64,000 bases of DNA, taken from IMG/VR virus record IMGVR_UViG_3300037237_000386, positions 1 through 64,000 of that record; one strand, written 5' to 3'. Positions 56,486 to 64,000 of the stretch are shown in pieces. The DNA is from a virus. Every line of letters begins with the position of its first letter. The stretch's first letter is position 1. A program made the translations under genes and the position numbers. The notes under the pieces are model-generated. The model was not told the DNA's origin, searched no databases, and saw only the letters and a program-made list of their open reading frames with translations.

Positions 56486-57925
56486 ATGAAGACGAGTTGC
56501 CTGGTCCTCTTCGCGGCGCTGCTCGCGCTCGCGGGGTGTGCGCGACCGACGAGCGTGCAGGCGCCCCCGCGAGCGACGCCCGCGGCGACGGCGGACGTGC
56601 TGCACTGCGCGGAGCCGCTGCCCGAGTCGAGCTCGAAGCCGCCGCACTGCGCGAGGTTCGAGTGGGTGTCGATGAAGCCGGGCGGTGAGCCGGCGCACAA
56701 GCTCGGGCAGCAGCTCGTCATCACGGGTGGGAGTGCCTCGCCCTCGACACCGCTCGCGGGCGACGTCGGCGGGACGCTGGGCGCGAACGTGGTCAACAAG
56801 ATCAGCGGGTCGACCCCCATCCTCATCACTCCCAACGTGCTTGAGTGGATCGCCGCTGCCTCTGCTCCGACCCACATGCAAGCCACGCCGACCTCCGACG
56901 TCGCGACGGTGCCGCTGCTGATTCAGAGTCAGGCGCCGTGGGCGAGCGCGGTGACGAACGTCAAGGGCGGCAATGTCGTCCTTAGTGTCCCGCTGTCCCT
57001 GAGTGGCACACCGCAAGCCTTCGTCCAGTTCAACTCGGGCGCCAACATCATCGGCGGCATCGGGCCGTTCTGGGGCGCTCCGGCGAGCAACACCAATCTC
57101 TGGCTACTCCCGGCTGGGACCGCGGCAACGGCAGGGAACTACTCGCTCACGGCCAGCGCGTCGGCGCTCGTGTTGAACGGCACGTCATCGGTCAACGTGA
57201 ACGTGAACGGCTCGGCCGTGAACACCACCAGTGCCTCCGTTTACTCGTGGGGCAGCGCAGTAGCCGCGCCTCTCTTCACACAGACCGCCCTCGCCTCCAC
57301 CTCCGCCGGCTCCGGCGCCGCGGGTCAGCCGCTCGCAGTGACCGCGCAGGCGGGGCAGGCGGCGACGGGGGGCGGCAACAACGGCGGGGCGGGCGGGGTC
57401 CTGACGCTGGCCGCGGGCGCTGGCGGCACAAGCGGCAGCGCGACAGCCGGCGCGCGCGGTACCATCGGGCTACTTGGGCTCATCGGCGGCAGCGGCACGA
57501 CGCCGCTTGGATTCGTCGGCCAGACCTCCCCCAACACCGTCGCCTGCGGCACGGGCGGCACTCAGACGATCTCGGCCGCGCAGGCGGTCATTCCGTTTTT
57601 CCTCCTGACATCGGGCACGCTCACGTCGAACTGCATCGTCGACTTCGGGACGAACGCCGTCACCGGAGCATTCATCATCGACGTGTCGGGCCTCGGGGCA
57701 CTTGGCGCGTTCACGGTGGGATTCAAAAACGGCACGACCACGAAGACGATCTCTGCCACGCAACTCACGAACCTGATCGCCACGGGGGCCAGCGCCGCTC
57801 AGGTGTACACATTCGGCACGAATAACATCACGATCGTGGACTTCGCCATCGTCATCGACGACGAGATGCTCGAGGCAGCCGATGCCGCGAACGACAACAC
57901 GTGGAAGCACGCAGCAGGGGAGTGA
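56486..57925 (+). CDS. Lipobox protein with a Gly/Thr-rich fibre-like body
   Basis: LLALAGC; AGDVGGT; GGAGG repeats. Confidence 0.6.
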   Translation: MKTSCLVLFAALLALAGCARPTSVQAPPRATPAATADVLHCAEPLPESSSKPPHCARFEWVSMKPGGEPAHKLGQQLVITGGSASPSTPLAGDVGGTLGANVVNKISGSTPILITPNVLEWIAAASAPTHMQATPTSDVATVPLLIQSQAPWASAVTNVKGGNVVLSVPLSLSGTPQAFVQFNSGANIIGGIGPFWGAPASNTNLWLLPAGTAATAGNYSLTASASALVLNGTSSVNVNVNGSAVNTTSASVYSWGSAVAAPLFTQTALASTSAGSGAAGQPLAVTAQAGQAATGGGNNGGAGGVLTLAAGAGGTSGSATAGARGTIGLLGLIGGSGTTPLGFVGQTSPNTVACGTGGTQTISAAQAVIPFFLLTSGTLTSNCIVDFGTNAVTGAFIIDVSGLGALGAFTVGFKNGTTTKTISATQLTNLIATGASAAQVYTFGTNNITIVDFAIVIDDEMLEAADAANDNTWKHAAGE

Positions 57926-57948
57926 GCGACTGCGCCATCATCGGTTCC

Positions 57949-58440
57949 ATGAAGACGCGCTACTTCGCAGTCCACCTGTCGTTCCTCGCGGTGTTCTCCC
58001 TGTTCGGAGCATGCGTCACGCGGGAGGTGTCCACGTACCTGCCCCCGCGCGAGGACGCCTCCGCGCCGCTTCCACCGATGCCTGATGCAGGAGCCCGCGA
58101 GGCGCAGCCTTCGGCGCCGCCCGCGACGTCCATCACCGATCCTCGCGCTCAGGTGCCGGCGTCGAGCTACCGCCCCGGCGACTTCCGCCAGAGCCTCCCG
58201 AGCGGGACGCTCACGCTCCCATCGCTCATCGACGGAGGAGCGCCGCTGCGCATCCACGACGGCAACGACAGCCCGTGCATGTACGGGTGCGTGGCTTTCT
58301 ACAGCAAGGTGCTCGACGGCGAGCGCCAGCAGACGGGGGCTTTGGTCGACGCGCAGGAGATCCTGAAGGACGCGACCGCGTGCGTGCACATGTGCCAGGA
58401 GCGCGCGAAGGCCGCGAGCTGGCCGGGGAGCGAGCGATGA
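57949..58440 (+). CDS. Predicted lipoprotein
   Basis: FSLFGAC; DAG/DGG motifs; paired Cys; CATCAT-N7-ATG. Confidence 0.55.
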   Translation: MKTRYFAVHLSFLAVFSLFGACVTREVSTYLPPREDASAPLPPMPDAGAREAQPSAPPATSITDPRAQVPASSYRPGDFRQSLPSGTLTLPSLIDGGAPLRIHDGNDSPCMYGCVAFYSKVLDGERQQTGALVDAQEILKDATACVHMCQERAKAASWPGSER

Positions 58441-58706
58441 AGGCGTTCGTCTTCGTTACCCTGGCGCTCGTCACTGCCTGCTCGGCGCATTGGAACGATC
58501 CGTTGCCCGTGACGCCGGTGCCGGGCAACCCGTGCGGCGAGACGGGCGTCTCCTGCAGGCCCGTGCGCGCGTGCTGCGAGGAGGGGGAGGTGTGCGGTGG
58601 GCCGCGGCCGGCGTCGTGCCCCGAGGGTCAGTGCTGCTACGTGGGCAGCGACGACGGGCGGGTGGGCGCGCGGAGGACGCACTCGCAGAGGCCCGAGGCG
58701 CCATGA
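58437..58706 (+). CDS. Cys-rich lipoprotein
   Basis: LALVTAC; CG..C..CC..C..C..CC. Confidence 0.6.
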   Translation: MKAFVFVTLALVTACSAHWNDPLPVTPVPGNPCGETGVSCRPVRACCEEGEVCGGPRPASCPEGQCCYVGSDDGRVGARRTHSQRPEAP

Positions 58707-58823
58707 AGGACAGCATGTGTCGATGCTTGTTCCGAGAAGCAGCCTCGTACGCGCTGCTCCCGTTCGTCCTGCTTTTCCTCGTGCTCATCCCGCCGCAGTA
58801 CGAGGAGTGGGACGAGTACTGAG

Positions 58824-58839
58824 GGAAACCCGGGTTTCC
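58824..58839. repeat. 16-bp palindrome, copy 13
   Basis: Exact; 18 nt before TAGGCT-N7-ATG(58871). Confidence 0.95.
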
Positions 58840-58870
58840 CCCGACCCGGGGAGCGCGTAGGCTGCTCTCC

Positions 58871-59464
58871 ATGGCGGACATGAAGGGCACGAGGGAGCTG
58901 CTGGGCGCGGGCCGGACGATTCCGGCGAGCCACACGATGGCGCATCACGTGGACCGCGCGCTGCTCGACACGGGCACGTCGGCGCAGGTGCTCGACCTGG
59001 CGCTGTCGACGCGCGCGAGGGCGACCAAGCAGCCGGAGCCCGAGCGATGGGCAGCTCATCTCGTCGGAGAGAAGCTGGAGGACGTCGCCCACGAGCTCCA
59101 CGAGCTTCACCACGAGGACGACGCACTCGCGCCGATGAAGGGCGTCTACCGTGTCGTCGGGGGCGCGCAGGAGATGCTGGCGGACGTGCGCCAGGCGCTG
59201 ATGCACGACCACCCGGTGGCGGTCGGGCTGCTCGTCGGCAAGGACTTCCTCGCGGCGGACGGCAAGAAGACGCTCGAGCCGACGGACCAGCCCGAGGAGG
59301 AGCGGAGCTACCTCGTCGTGGGCTACGACGACCAAGGGCGGTTTGAGCTCGTGGGTCCCAAGGGGTGGGGCAACGGCGGGAGCGCGTGGGCGAGCGGCGA
59401 GTGCCTGATGCGGGCGACCTACGCGTGTGTGCCGGTCGCGGCGATGCCTGCTCCGAAACAGTGA
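58871..59464 (+). CDS. Degenerate papain (C1)-fold protein
   Basis: VRQAL...PVAVG, LVVGYDD, GWGNGG; catalytic His and Asn positions substituted. Confidence 0.55.
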   Translation: MADMKGTRELLGAGRTIPASHTMAHHVDRALLDTGTSAQVLDLALSTRARATKQPEPERWAAHLVGEKLEDVAHELHELHHEDDALAPMKGVYRVVGGAQEMLADVRQALMHDHPVAVGLLVGKDFLAADGKKTLEPTDQPEEERSYLVVGYDDQGRFELVGPKGWGNGGSAWASGECLMRATYACVPVAAMPAPKQ

Positions 59465-59518
59465 TGGTCGGCGGGGGACTCCCCGGGTAGTCTCCGCAGC
59501 AAGGGAGCACGAAAACGC

Positions 59519-60589
59519 ATGGCCTCGCTGATCCTCATCAACGACACGAAGGCGCAGTCTCCGCAGGGCGGACCGCAGATGTTCCGGGCTGGCTCGACCA
59601 TCGCGGACGCTGCCACGCAGGCGGCCATCGCGCAGGAGGGTGGGCTGCTCTGGCCGGCGACGGACCCCGTGGTCCTGGCGCAGTCGGTGCTGGTGCAGAA
59701 GCTGCGGTCGCAGGGGATGGACGAGGGCTTCTGCTCGAGGGCGATGCTCGCGGGGGCTGTCAGCTCGCTGAATCAGGGAGCCGAGGGCGCGAGTCAGGTG
59801 GGCGTGACCCGGACGGTGCGCCTGGCGACGACGGCTGCGCTGGCGACGGGCACTTTCACGGCGGGGACGGGCGGGGCGCCGGATACGTTCGCCATCACGG
59901 CGACGGGGACGCTTACGGTCGACGGTGCGGTGACGGCACTGAACGACCGGGTTCTCGTGAAGAACCAGGTGACCGGCTCGCAGAACGGCATCTACTACGT
60001 GTCGACGGCGGGTGCGGTGGGAGTGGCAGCGGTCCTGACGCGCGCCCCGGACGCGGCGGCGAGCGCGGACTTCGTGTCGGGCATGAACGTGATGACGAGC
60101 CCGGACGGGACGACGAACCCGACGGCGACTTCCATGCTGACGACGGCGGCGCCCCTCACGCTGAACACGACGTCGCTGACGTTCTCGAAGATCGAGAGCC
60201 TGCAGGAGTTCACGAACGGGCAGATCCTCCAGTCGCCGCAGGCGGTGAGCACGATCTCTCTCGTGGAGATCGCCATCGGGGGGATGATCGGTTCGGGGAC
60301 GATCATCGGTGTCTACTATCTGCCGAACGCGACGAGCACCCCGGCGGCTGGGTCGAACAGCCAGGCCATCGTCATCAACATCTACAACGCGTCGGGTGTG
60401 CTGGTGGGCCAGTTGGCCGCGGCGAGCATCGCGAACGCGACAGCGATGACGAAGTGGGTGAGGTTCAACCTCGGGACCATCACGAACGGCGTGTACGCTG
60501 ACGGCTACACGCTCACCGCGTCGTCGACACTTACGGGCACGGCGACTCTGCCGGCTGGTACGTGGATCATTGTTTCGACTCCGAACTGA
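59519..60589 (+). CDS. Tail fibre or virion structural protein
   Basis: VRLATTA...VDG...DRVLVKNQ...NGIY motif; Thr-rich. Confidence 0.7.
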   Translation: MASLILINDTKAQSPQGGPQMFRAGSTIADAATQAAIAQEGGLLWPATDPVVLAQSVLVQKLRSQGMDEGFCSRAMLAGAVSSLNQGAEGASQVGVTRTVRLATTAALATGTFTAGTGGAPDTFAITATGTLTVDGAVTALNDRVLVKNQVTGSQNGIYYVSTAGAVGVAAVLTRAPDAAASADFVSGMNVMTSPDGTTNPTATSMLTTAAPLTLNTTSLTFSKIESLQEFTNGQILQSPQAVSTISLVEIAIGGMIGSGTIIGVYYLPNATSTPAAGSNSQAIVINIYNASGVLVGQLAAASIANATAMTKWVRFNLGTITNGVYADGYTLTASSTLTGTATLPAGTWIIVSTPN

Positions 60590-60590
60590 C

Positions 60591-61157
60591 GTGGGCGCGG
60601 CGACCTGGGCGAAGAAGCGGACGGGGGCGAGCAGCGCCTCCGCTCCGCCGCCCAAGCAGGTGAAGCCGAGCGCTACGGCGATGAGCAGCGTCTCGGACCC
60701 GGGCTCGGAGAGCTTCCCCGACGACAAGCACCACCTGCCCAGCGACCATCGTCCGCTCATCCTGCTGCAGGGCTGGGACAAGCCCCCTCTGCCGCCTCCG
60801 ATGCCCGAGGAGCCCGGAGGGAGCGGGTCGGGGTCCGGAAGCGAGGACGGGGCATCCTCGGCGAAGGAATCGGGGTCCGGGGGGAGCGGCTCGGGAGACA
60901 GCAGCAGCCAGCCACCTGCACCTCCCCCGCGGGAGCCTGGGTTCGCCTGTTGCGACTGCGCGTTCTTCCGGGCGACCGGGAACGGCACGTTCGAGTGCAG
61001 CTCGAAGGACTACCAGCGGTGGGCAGGCACGAACGTGCTCGTGGAGACCAAGGGTGGCAGACCCGTGGTCAACCCGGAGAAGGCGAGCTCCGACTGGTTC
61101 CAGCCAGCGACGGGTCCGAGCAGGACGCCGGTGCCGACGCGCCACAATGCCGGCTGA
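60591..61157 (+). CDS. Low-complexity protein with C-terminal Cys motif
   Basis: Gly/Ser/Pro linker; CCDCAFF. Confidence 0.45.
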   Translation: MGAATWAKKRTGASSASAPPPKQVKPSATAMSSVSDPGSESFPDDKHHLPSDHRPLILLQGWDKPPLPPPMPEEPGGSGSGSGSEDGASSAKESGSGGSGSGDSSSQPPAPPPREPGFACCDCAFFRATGNGTFECSSKDYQRWAGTNVLVETKGGRPVVNPEKASSDWFQPATGPSRTPVPTRHNAG

Positions 61158-61177
61158 CCCGTAGGAGGGGTCAGCCG

Positions 61178-61636
61178 ATGGAGAAGCTGAACGACGAGCG
61201 CATCGTGGACGCGTGCGCAGTGCACGCGTGGGAGACGAACAGGTTGTTCGTGTGGGCGCTGACGCCCCCCGAGGGGAATCAGGCAATCCCCACGTGGGGG
61301 AACGACGGGCCGGACGACGAAGATCGAATGCGTCGCATGGCGCGCGCGGATCGAATGCGTCGCATGGCGCGCGCGGTGCTCGAGGAGGACCTGACGGCTG
61401 AGGACAAGCATCAGCAGTGGGTGACGCACATGCTGGCCTGCGGTTGGACGAGGGGCCCGGGGCCCGACGCGGAGAACAAGAAGCACCCGATGCTGGTGCC
61501 GTTCGCGGAGCTGCCGCACACGCAGGCGATGAAGGAGTCGCTCGTGGTCGCGAGCATCAACGCGATGGCGACGGCGCTGGGCCATTCGCGTAGGCCGATG
61601 GCGACGGCTACGGTGGAGACCAAGAAGGAAGGGTGA
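61178..61636 (+). CDS. Phage RyR-domain-like protein
   Basis: HQQW...GWTRG..D..KKHPMLVPFAELP. Confidence 0.7.
   Translation: MEKLNDERIVDACAVHAWETNRLFVWALTPPEGNQAIPTWGNDGPDDEDRMRRMARADRMRRMARAVLEEDLTAEDKHQQWVTHMLACGWTRGPGPDAENKKHPMLVPFAELPHTQAMKESLVVASINAMATALGHSRRPMATATVETKKEG
61322..61375 (+). repeat. Perfect 27-bp in-frame tandem duplication (DRMRRMARA x2)
   Basis: GATCGAATGCGTCGCATGGCGCGCGCG twice. Confidence 0.9.
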
Positions 61637-62355
61637 GCGCAATGACGACGTACGGCGGCGTGGACATCGTGGGGGACTGCTGCGGCATCGACACGGCCAT
61701 CGCGGGGGCGCTGACGGACGAGCAACTGCAGAAGATGTTCACGACGCCGTTCGGCGCTGCAGCGGGTCCGTTGGCGGGCAAGTACCCTGAGTTCATCTGG
61801 GGGTACGTGCGGTACTCGGGAGGGGCAGCCAGCAAGTGGGACATGACGGGGGCGCGACTGCGCGCCATCGCGGACATGACGAACGGCGCGGGCGTGCCGG
61901 TGAAGGCGGGTCTCGTGCAGCACTGCCGCGGTGGCGCGTGGGCAGCGAGTGCGCAGCTCGGCGCGGACGACGGCAAGGTGGCGGCGGATCTCGCCTCGGA
62001 CATGGGCTACACGAGCGACTGCAACCTCGCGGTCGACGACGAGTCGCTCAAGAACCCGGGACCCGATGCCATCGCGCACTTCGTGGCGTGGTGCCAGCAG
62101 TGGCAGTCGGCGTGCCTGTACGAGGGGTTCGATCCGGGCATGACCCCGGAGCAGGAGTACGAGAACCCTGGCGTGAAGCGGTATTGGGGCGCGGTCGGGC
62201 CATGGGACGTGGCGGTGCGTGGGGTGTGCTGTCGGCAGGGGATGCAGTTCACGCACGCGGGCGTCGTCATCGACCCGGACCGCGCGTTCCCCGACAAGCT
62301 GGGCGGGACACTGCGGCTCTACGGCCGGGTGCCCGACGTGAACGTGTCGACCTGA
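61633..62355 (+). CDS. DUF1906/GH25-like glycoside hydrolase, endolysin candidate
   Basis: GIDT, GYVRY, LGADDGKVAA, LAVDDE, IDPD. Confidence 0.6.
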   Translation: MSAMTTYGGVDIVGDCCGIDTAIAGALTDEQLQKMFTTPFGAAAGPLAGKYPEFIWGYVRYSGGAASKWDMTGARLRAIADMTNGAGVPVKAGLVQHCRGGAWAASAQLGADDGKVAADLASDMGYTSDCNLAVDDESLKNPGPDAIAHFVAWCQQWQSACLYEGFDPGMTPEQEYENPGVKRYWGAVGPWDVAVRGVCCRQGMQFTHAGVVIDPDRAFPDKLGGTLRLYGRVPDVNVST

Positions 62356-62394
62356 TATCGTCGGAGACGGGCACTCCCTCGGGCCCCGCTTAGA

Positions 62395-62456
62395 TCGAAG
62401 CCCCCGCGCAAAGCACCCTGTCTCCTGGGCAGGGAAAGAGGCGCGGGGGCTTTCGA
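62395..62456. terminator. Long branched hairpin between convergent genes
   Basis: TCGAAGCCCCCGCGC pairs with GCGCGGGGGCTTTCGA (one bulge); inner CCCTG/CAGGG stem. Confidence 0.6.
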
Positions 62457-62464
62457 CTGTTCGC

Positions 62465-63208
62465 TCACTCCTGCGGCAGCTCGCGCGGGATGAAGCGGCG
62501 AGCGAAGTCGAGGCGCTCGTCAGCCTTGGGGTGGAAGGAGGCGCTCTCGCCGGTGTAGTCGACGAGGGAGCCTGTGCGCGCGAGCGAGCGGCAGACCATC
62601 GACAGACCGATGCTGGCGGCGTAGGCGGTGTACTTCATCTTCTCGGGCGTGACCCCCTCGGGATCGAAGGCGAGCAGCCCACCGTCGAGGTGCACCTGCC
62701 AGAAGGAGAAGGCGAGCCCGCCGTCGCAGTGGCCGCCGACGTGGATGGTGCGACGACCCTCGGGCGACGCGCGCCACGCGCGGTCGTTGCAGCGACCGTC
62801 GTCCACGTAGGAGGCGAAGCGTGCGCCCTCCCACCACCCGAGCGCGAGCGCGAGGACACCGCGGGACTCGGGCGTGTCGGTCATGCGGTGGGGTCCATCG
62901 TTCATCGGGACGGGGCACGTCGGCTCGCGGCTCCACGAGACGGCGAGGGCGACGTCGTACGCGACCGCGGCGAGATCGGCGTGGGGCAGGGAGGCCTCGG
63001 GCCAGGTGTGCGCGGCGTCGACCAGGCGCATGGCGAGGGAGACGACGTTCATGTCCGGCGGAGCGTCGGTCACGGGCTCGTCCACGGGAGCTCTCTGCGC
63101 GCGAGGCGGGGAGGACGGTGCGAGGGGCTGCGCGTCGGCGGAGATGCCAGCGAAGGCGCAGACGCCCGCGAACGTGAGCAGGGCGAGGAGGGGCAGGTAG
63201 TTCTTCAT
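62465..63208 (-). CDS. Secreted lysozyme/SLT-like protein
   Basis: Signal peptide MKNYLPLLALL; LALGWWEG..F; DGGLAFSFWQVH. Confidence 0.5.
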   Translation of the reverse strand: MKNYLPLLALLTFAGVCAFAGISADAQPLAPSSPPRAQRAPVDEPVTDAPPDMNVVSLAMRLVDAAHTWPEASLPHADLAAVAYDVALAVSWSREPTCPVPMNDGPHRMTDTPESRGVLALALGWWEGARFASYVDDGRCNDRAWRASPEGRRTIHVGGHCDGGLAFSFWQVHLDGGLLAFDPEGVTPEKMKYTAYAASIGLSMVCRSLARTGSLVDYTGESASFHPKADERLDFARRFIPRELPQE

Positions 63209-63241
63209 GGGACGGGAGCCTGCCCCGGAACGGCTCCTGAG

Positions 63242-63257
63242 GGAAACCCAGGTTTCC
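63242..63257. repeat. 16-bp palindrome variant GGAAACCCAGGTTTCC, copy 14
   Basis: 15/16 match; between divergent genes; 19 nt before a minus-strand CAGGCT. Confidence 0.9.
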
Positions 63258-63301
63258 CCCACCCGGGATGCCTGCTACGCGTGGAGGCGGAGGCGCAACC
63301 C

Positions 63302-63874
63302 ATGAACGTTGTGAGCAGCTTGCCGCATTGGGTGGTGGTGGACGATCCGCGGGGGGAGTTCTGGGAGGGGGCTGTCGTGGACGCGACGCGAGCTCGCGTG
63401 CTCGAGGCGCGCGGCGCGTGCGTGATGCCGTGCATGCCGGACCTCTTCCGCATGAGCGGGTGCGCGGGCTTCAGCAAGCGAGCTTGGGGCGCGGGCCTCG
63501 CGCTGCCGGCTGGCGCTCCCGTCCTGCTCGCCCCGCTGACGATGTATCTGTCGACGGAGGCGCGCGGCGTCGTGTGGCGGTGTCGCCTGGTGCCGGACGG
63601 GCAGAGGCGCGAGCGGTACGAGGGGTTCGTGCGGTTTGCGGCGGACAGCGGGCAGCGCTCGCCGCTGAAGGGTGCGTACACGGAGGCGCAGGAGGACAAG
63701 CCGGTCATGACCCGGGACCTGCCCGCCCCTGACGAGGACGGCGGCTGGACGGTCGGGGGCAAGGGCCTGGCGGGCTTCAGCGTCGAGGGGCACTACGGGT
63801 TCGGGATCTACGGGACCGCCCCGGGGCTTCGTGTAGTCTGGGTTGCGGCGACGACGGTTCCCGTCAAGGCCTGA
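63302..63874 (+). CDS. Hypothetical protein
   Basis: RBS GGAGG. Confidence 0.5.
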   Translation: MNVVSSLPHWVVVDDPRGEFWEGAVVDATRARVLEARGACVMPCMPDLFRMSGCAGFSKRAWGAGLALPAGAPVLLAPLTMYLSTEARGVVWRCRLVPDGQRRERYEGFVRFAADSGQRSPLKGAYTEAQEDKPVMTRDLPAPDEDGGWTVGGKGLAGFSVEGHYGFGIYGTAPGLRVVWVAATTVPVKA

Positions 63875-63894
63875 GACCCCGGAGGACGACGGCG

Positions 63895-64000
63895 ATGACG
63901 GTGGCGGCGCTCATCCAGTTCTCGCAGGGGGGAGGGCCGCTCGATTCGGCCGGGCGCGCGTGCTTCGGAGCAGCGGGTAGCCTGGTGACCGTGAGCAACG
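63895..64000 (+). CDS. Partial CDS running off the window
   Basis: RBS GGAGG; open to the end. Confidence 0.45.
   Translation, partial: MTVAALIQFSQGGGPLDSAGRACFGAAGSLVTVSN

Noticed and set aside
1915-63257. CRISPR array made of the palindromic repeat
   Set aside because: Copies are 1-8 kb apart with genes between them; no regular spacers and no cas genes
1-64000. tRNA, rRNA, integrase or att sites
   Set aside because: No convincing cloverleaf, rRNA or recombinase motifs seen by eye; a tRNAscan run would be needed to exclude tRNAs

Overview
A 64 kb segment of a large, high-GC (about 70% by eye) dsDNA tailed phage genome. Lipobox, Cys-rich and DAG/DGG-type proteins suggest a myxobacterial-type host (inference). 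Almost all genes are on the + strand. Order: membrane/holin-like genes; a replication and recombination block (SF2 helicase, DnaB, DnaG, intein-bearing UvrD, sigma-like factor, intein-bearing family B polymerase, UvsY-like, SSB-like, RecA, dCTP deaminase, SbcD/SbcC, resolvase); a DNA hypermodification cluster (ParB, TET/JBP dioxygenase, ParB, glycosyltransferase, HAD, ThyX); a mosaic accessory region with two adenine methyltransferases; terminase; and lipoprotein, fibre-like and lysin genes. Main signals: (1) a TET/JBP plus glycosyltransferase locus with no C5-methyltransferase in the window, so a candidate thymine-directed, base J-like pathway; (2) a 16-bp palindrome GGAAACCCGGGTTTCC seen 13 times exactly plus one variant, often at fixed distances from leaderless -10 promoters and read as ETRVS inside genes; (3) a promoter-driven ~250 nt element closed by a perfect 22-bp inverted repeat, lying between 31-bp direct repeats; (4) a PolB ending in a QxxLF clamp motif and a DnaE-like C-terminal domain. 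Several single-base frameshifts in short homopolymers suggest assembly indels. All family calls come from motif recognition by eye, not database searches.
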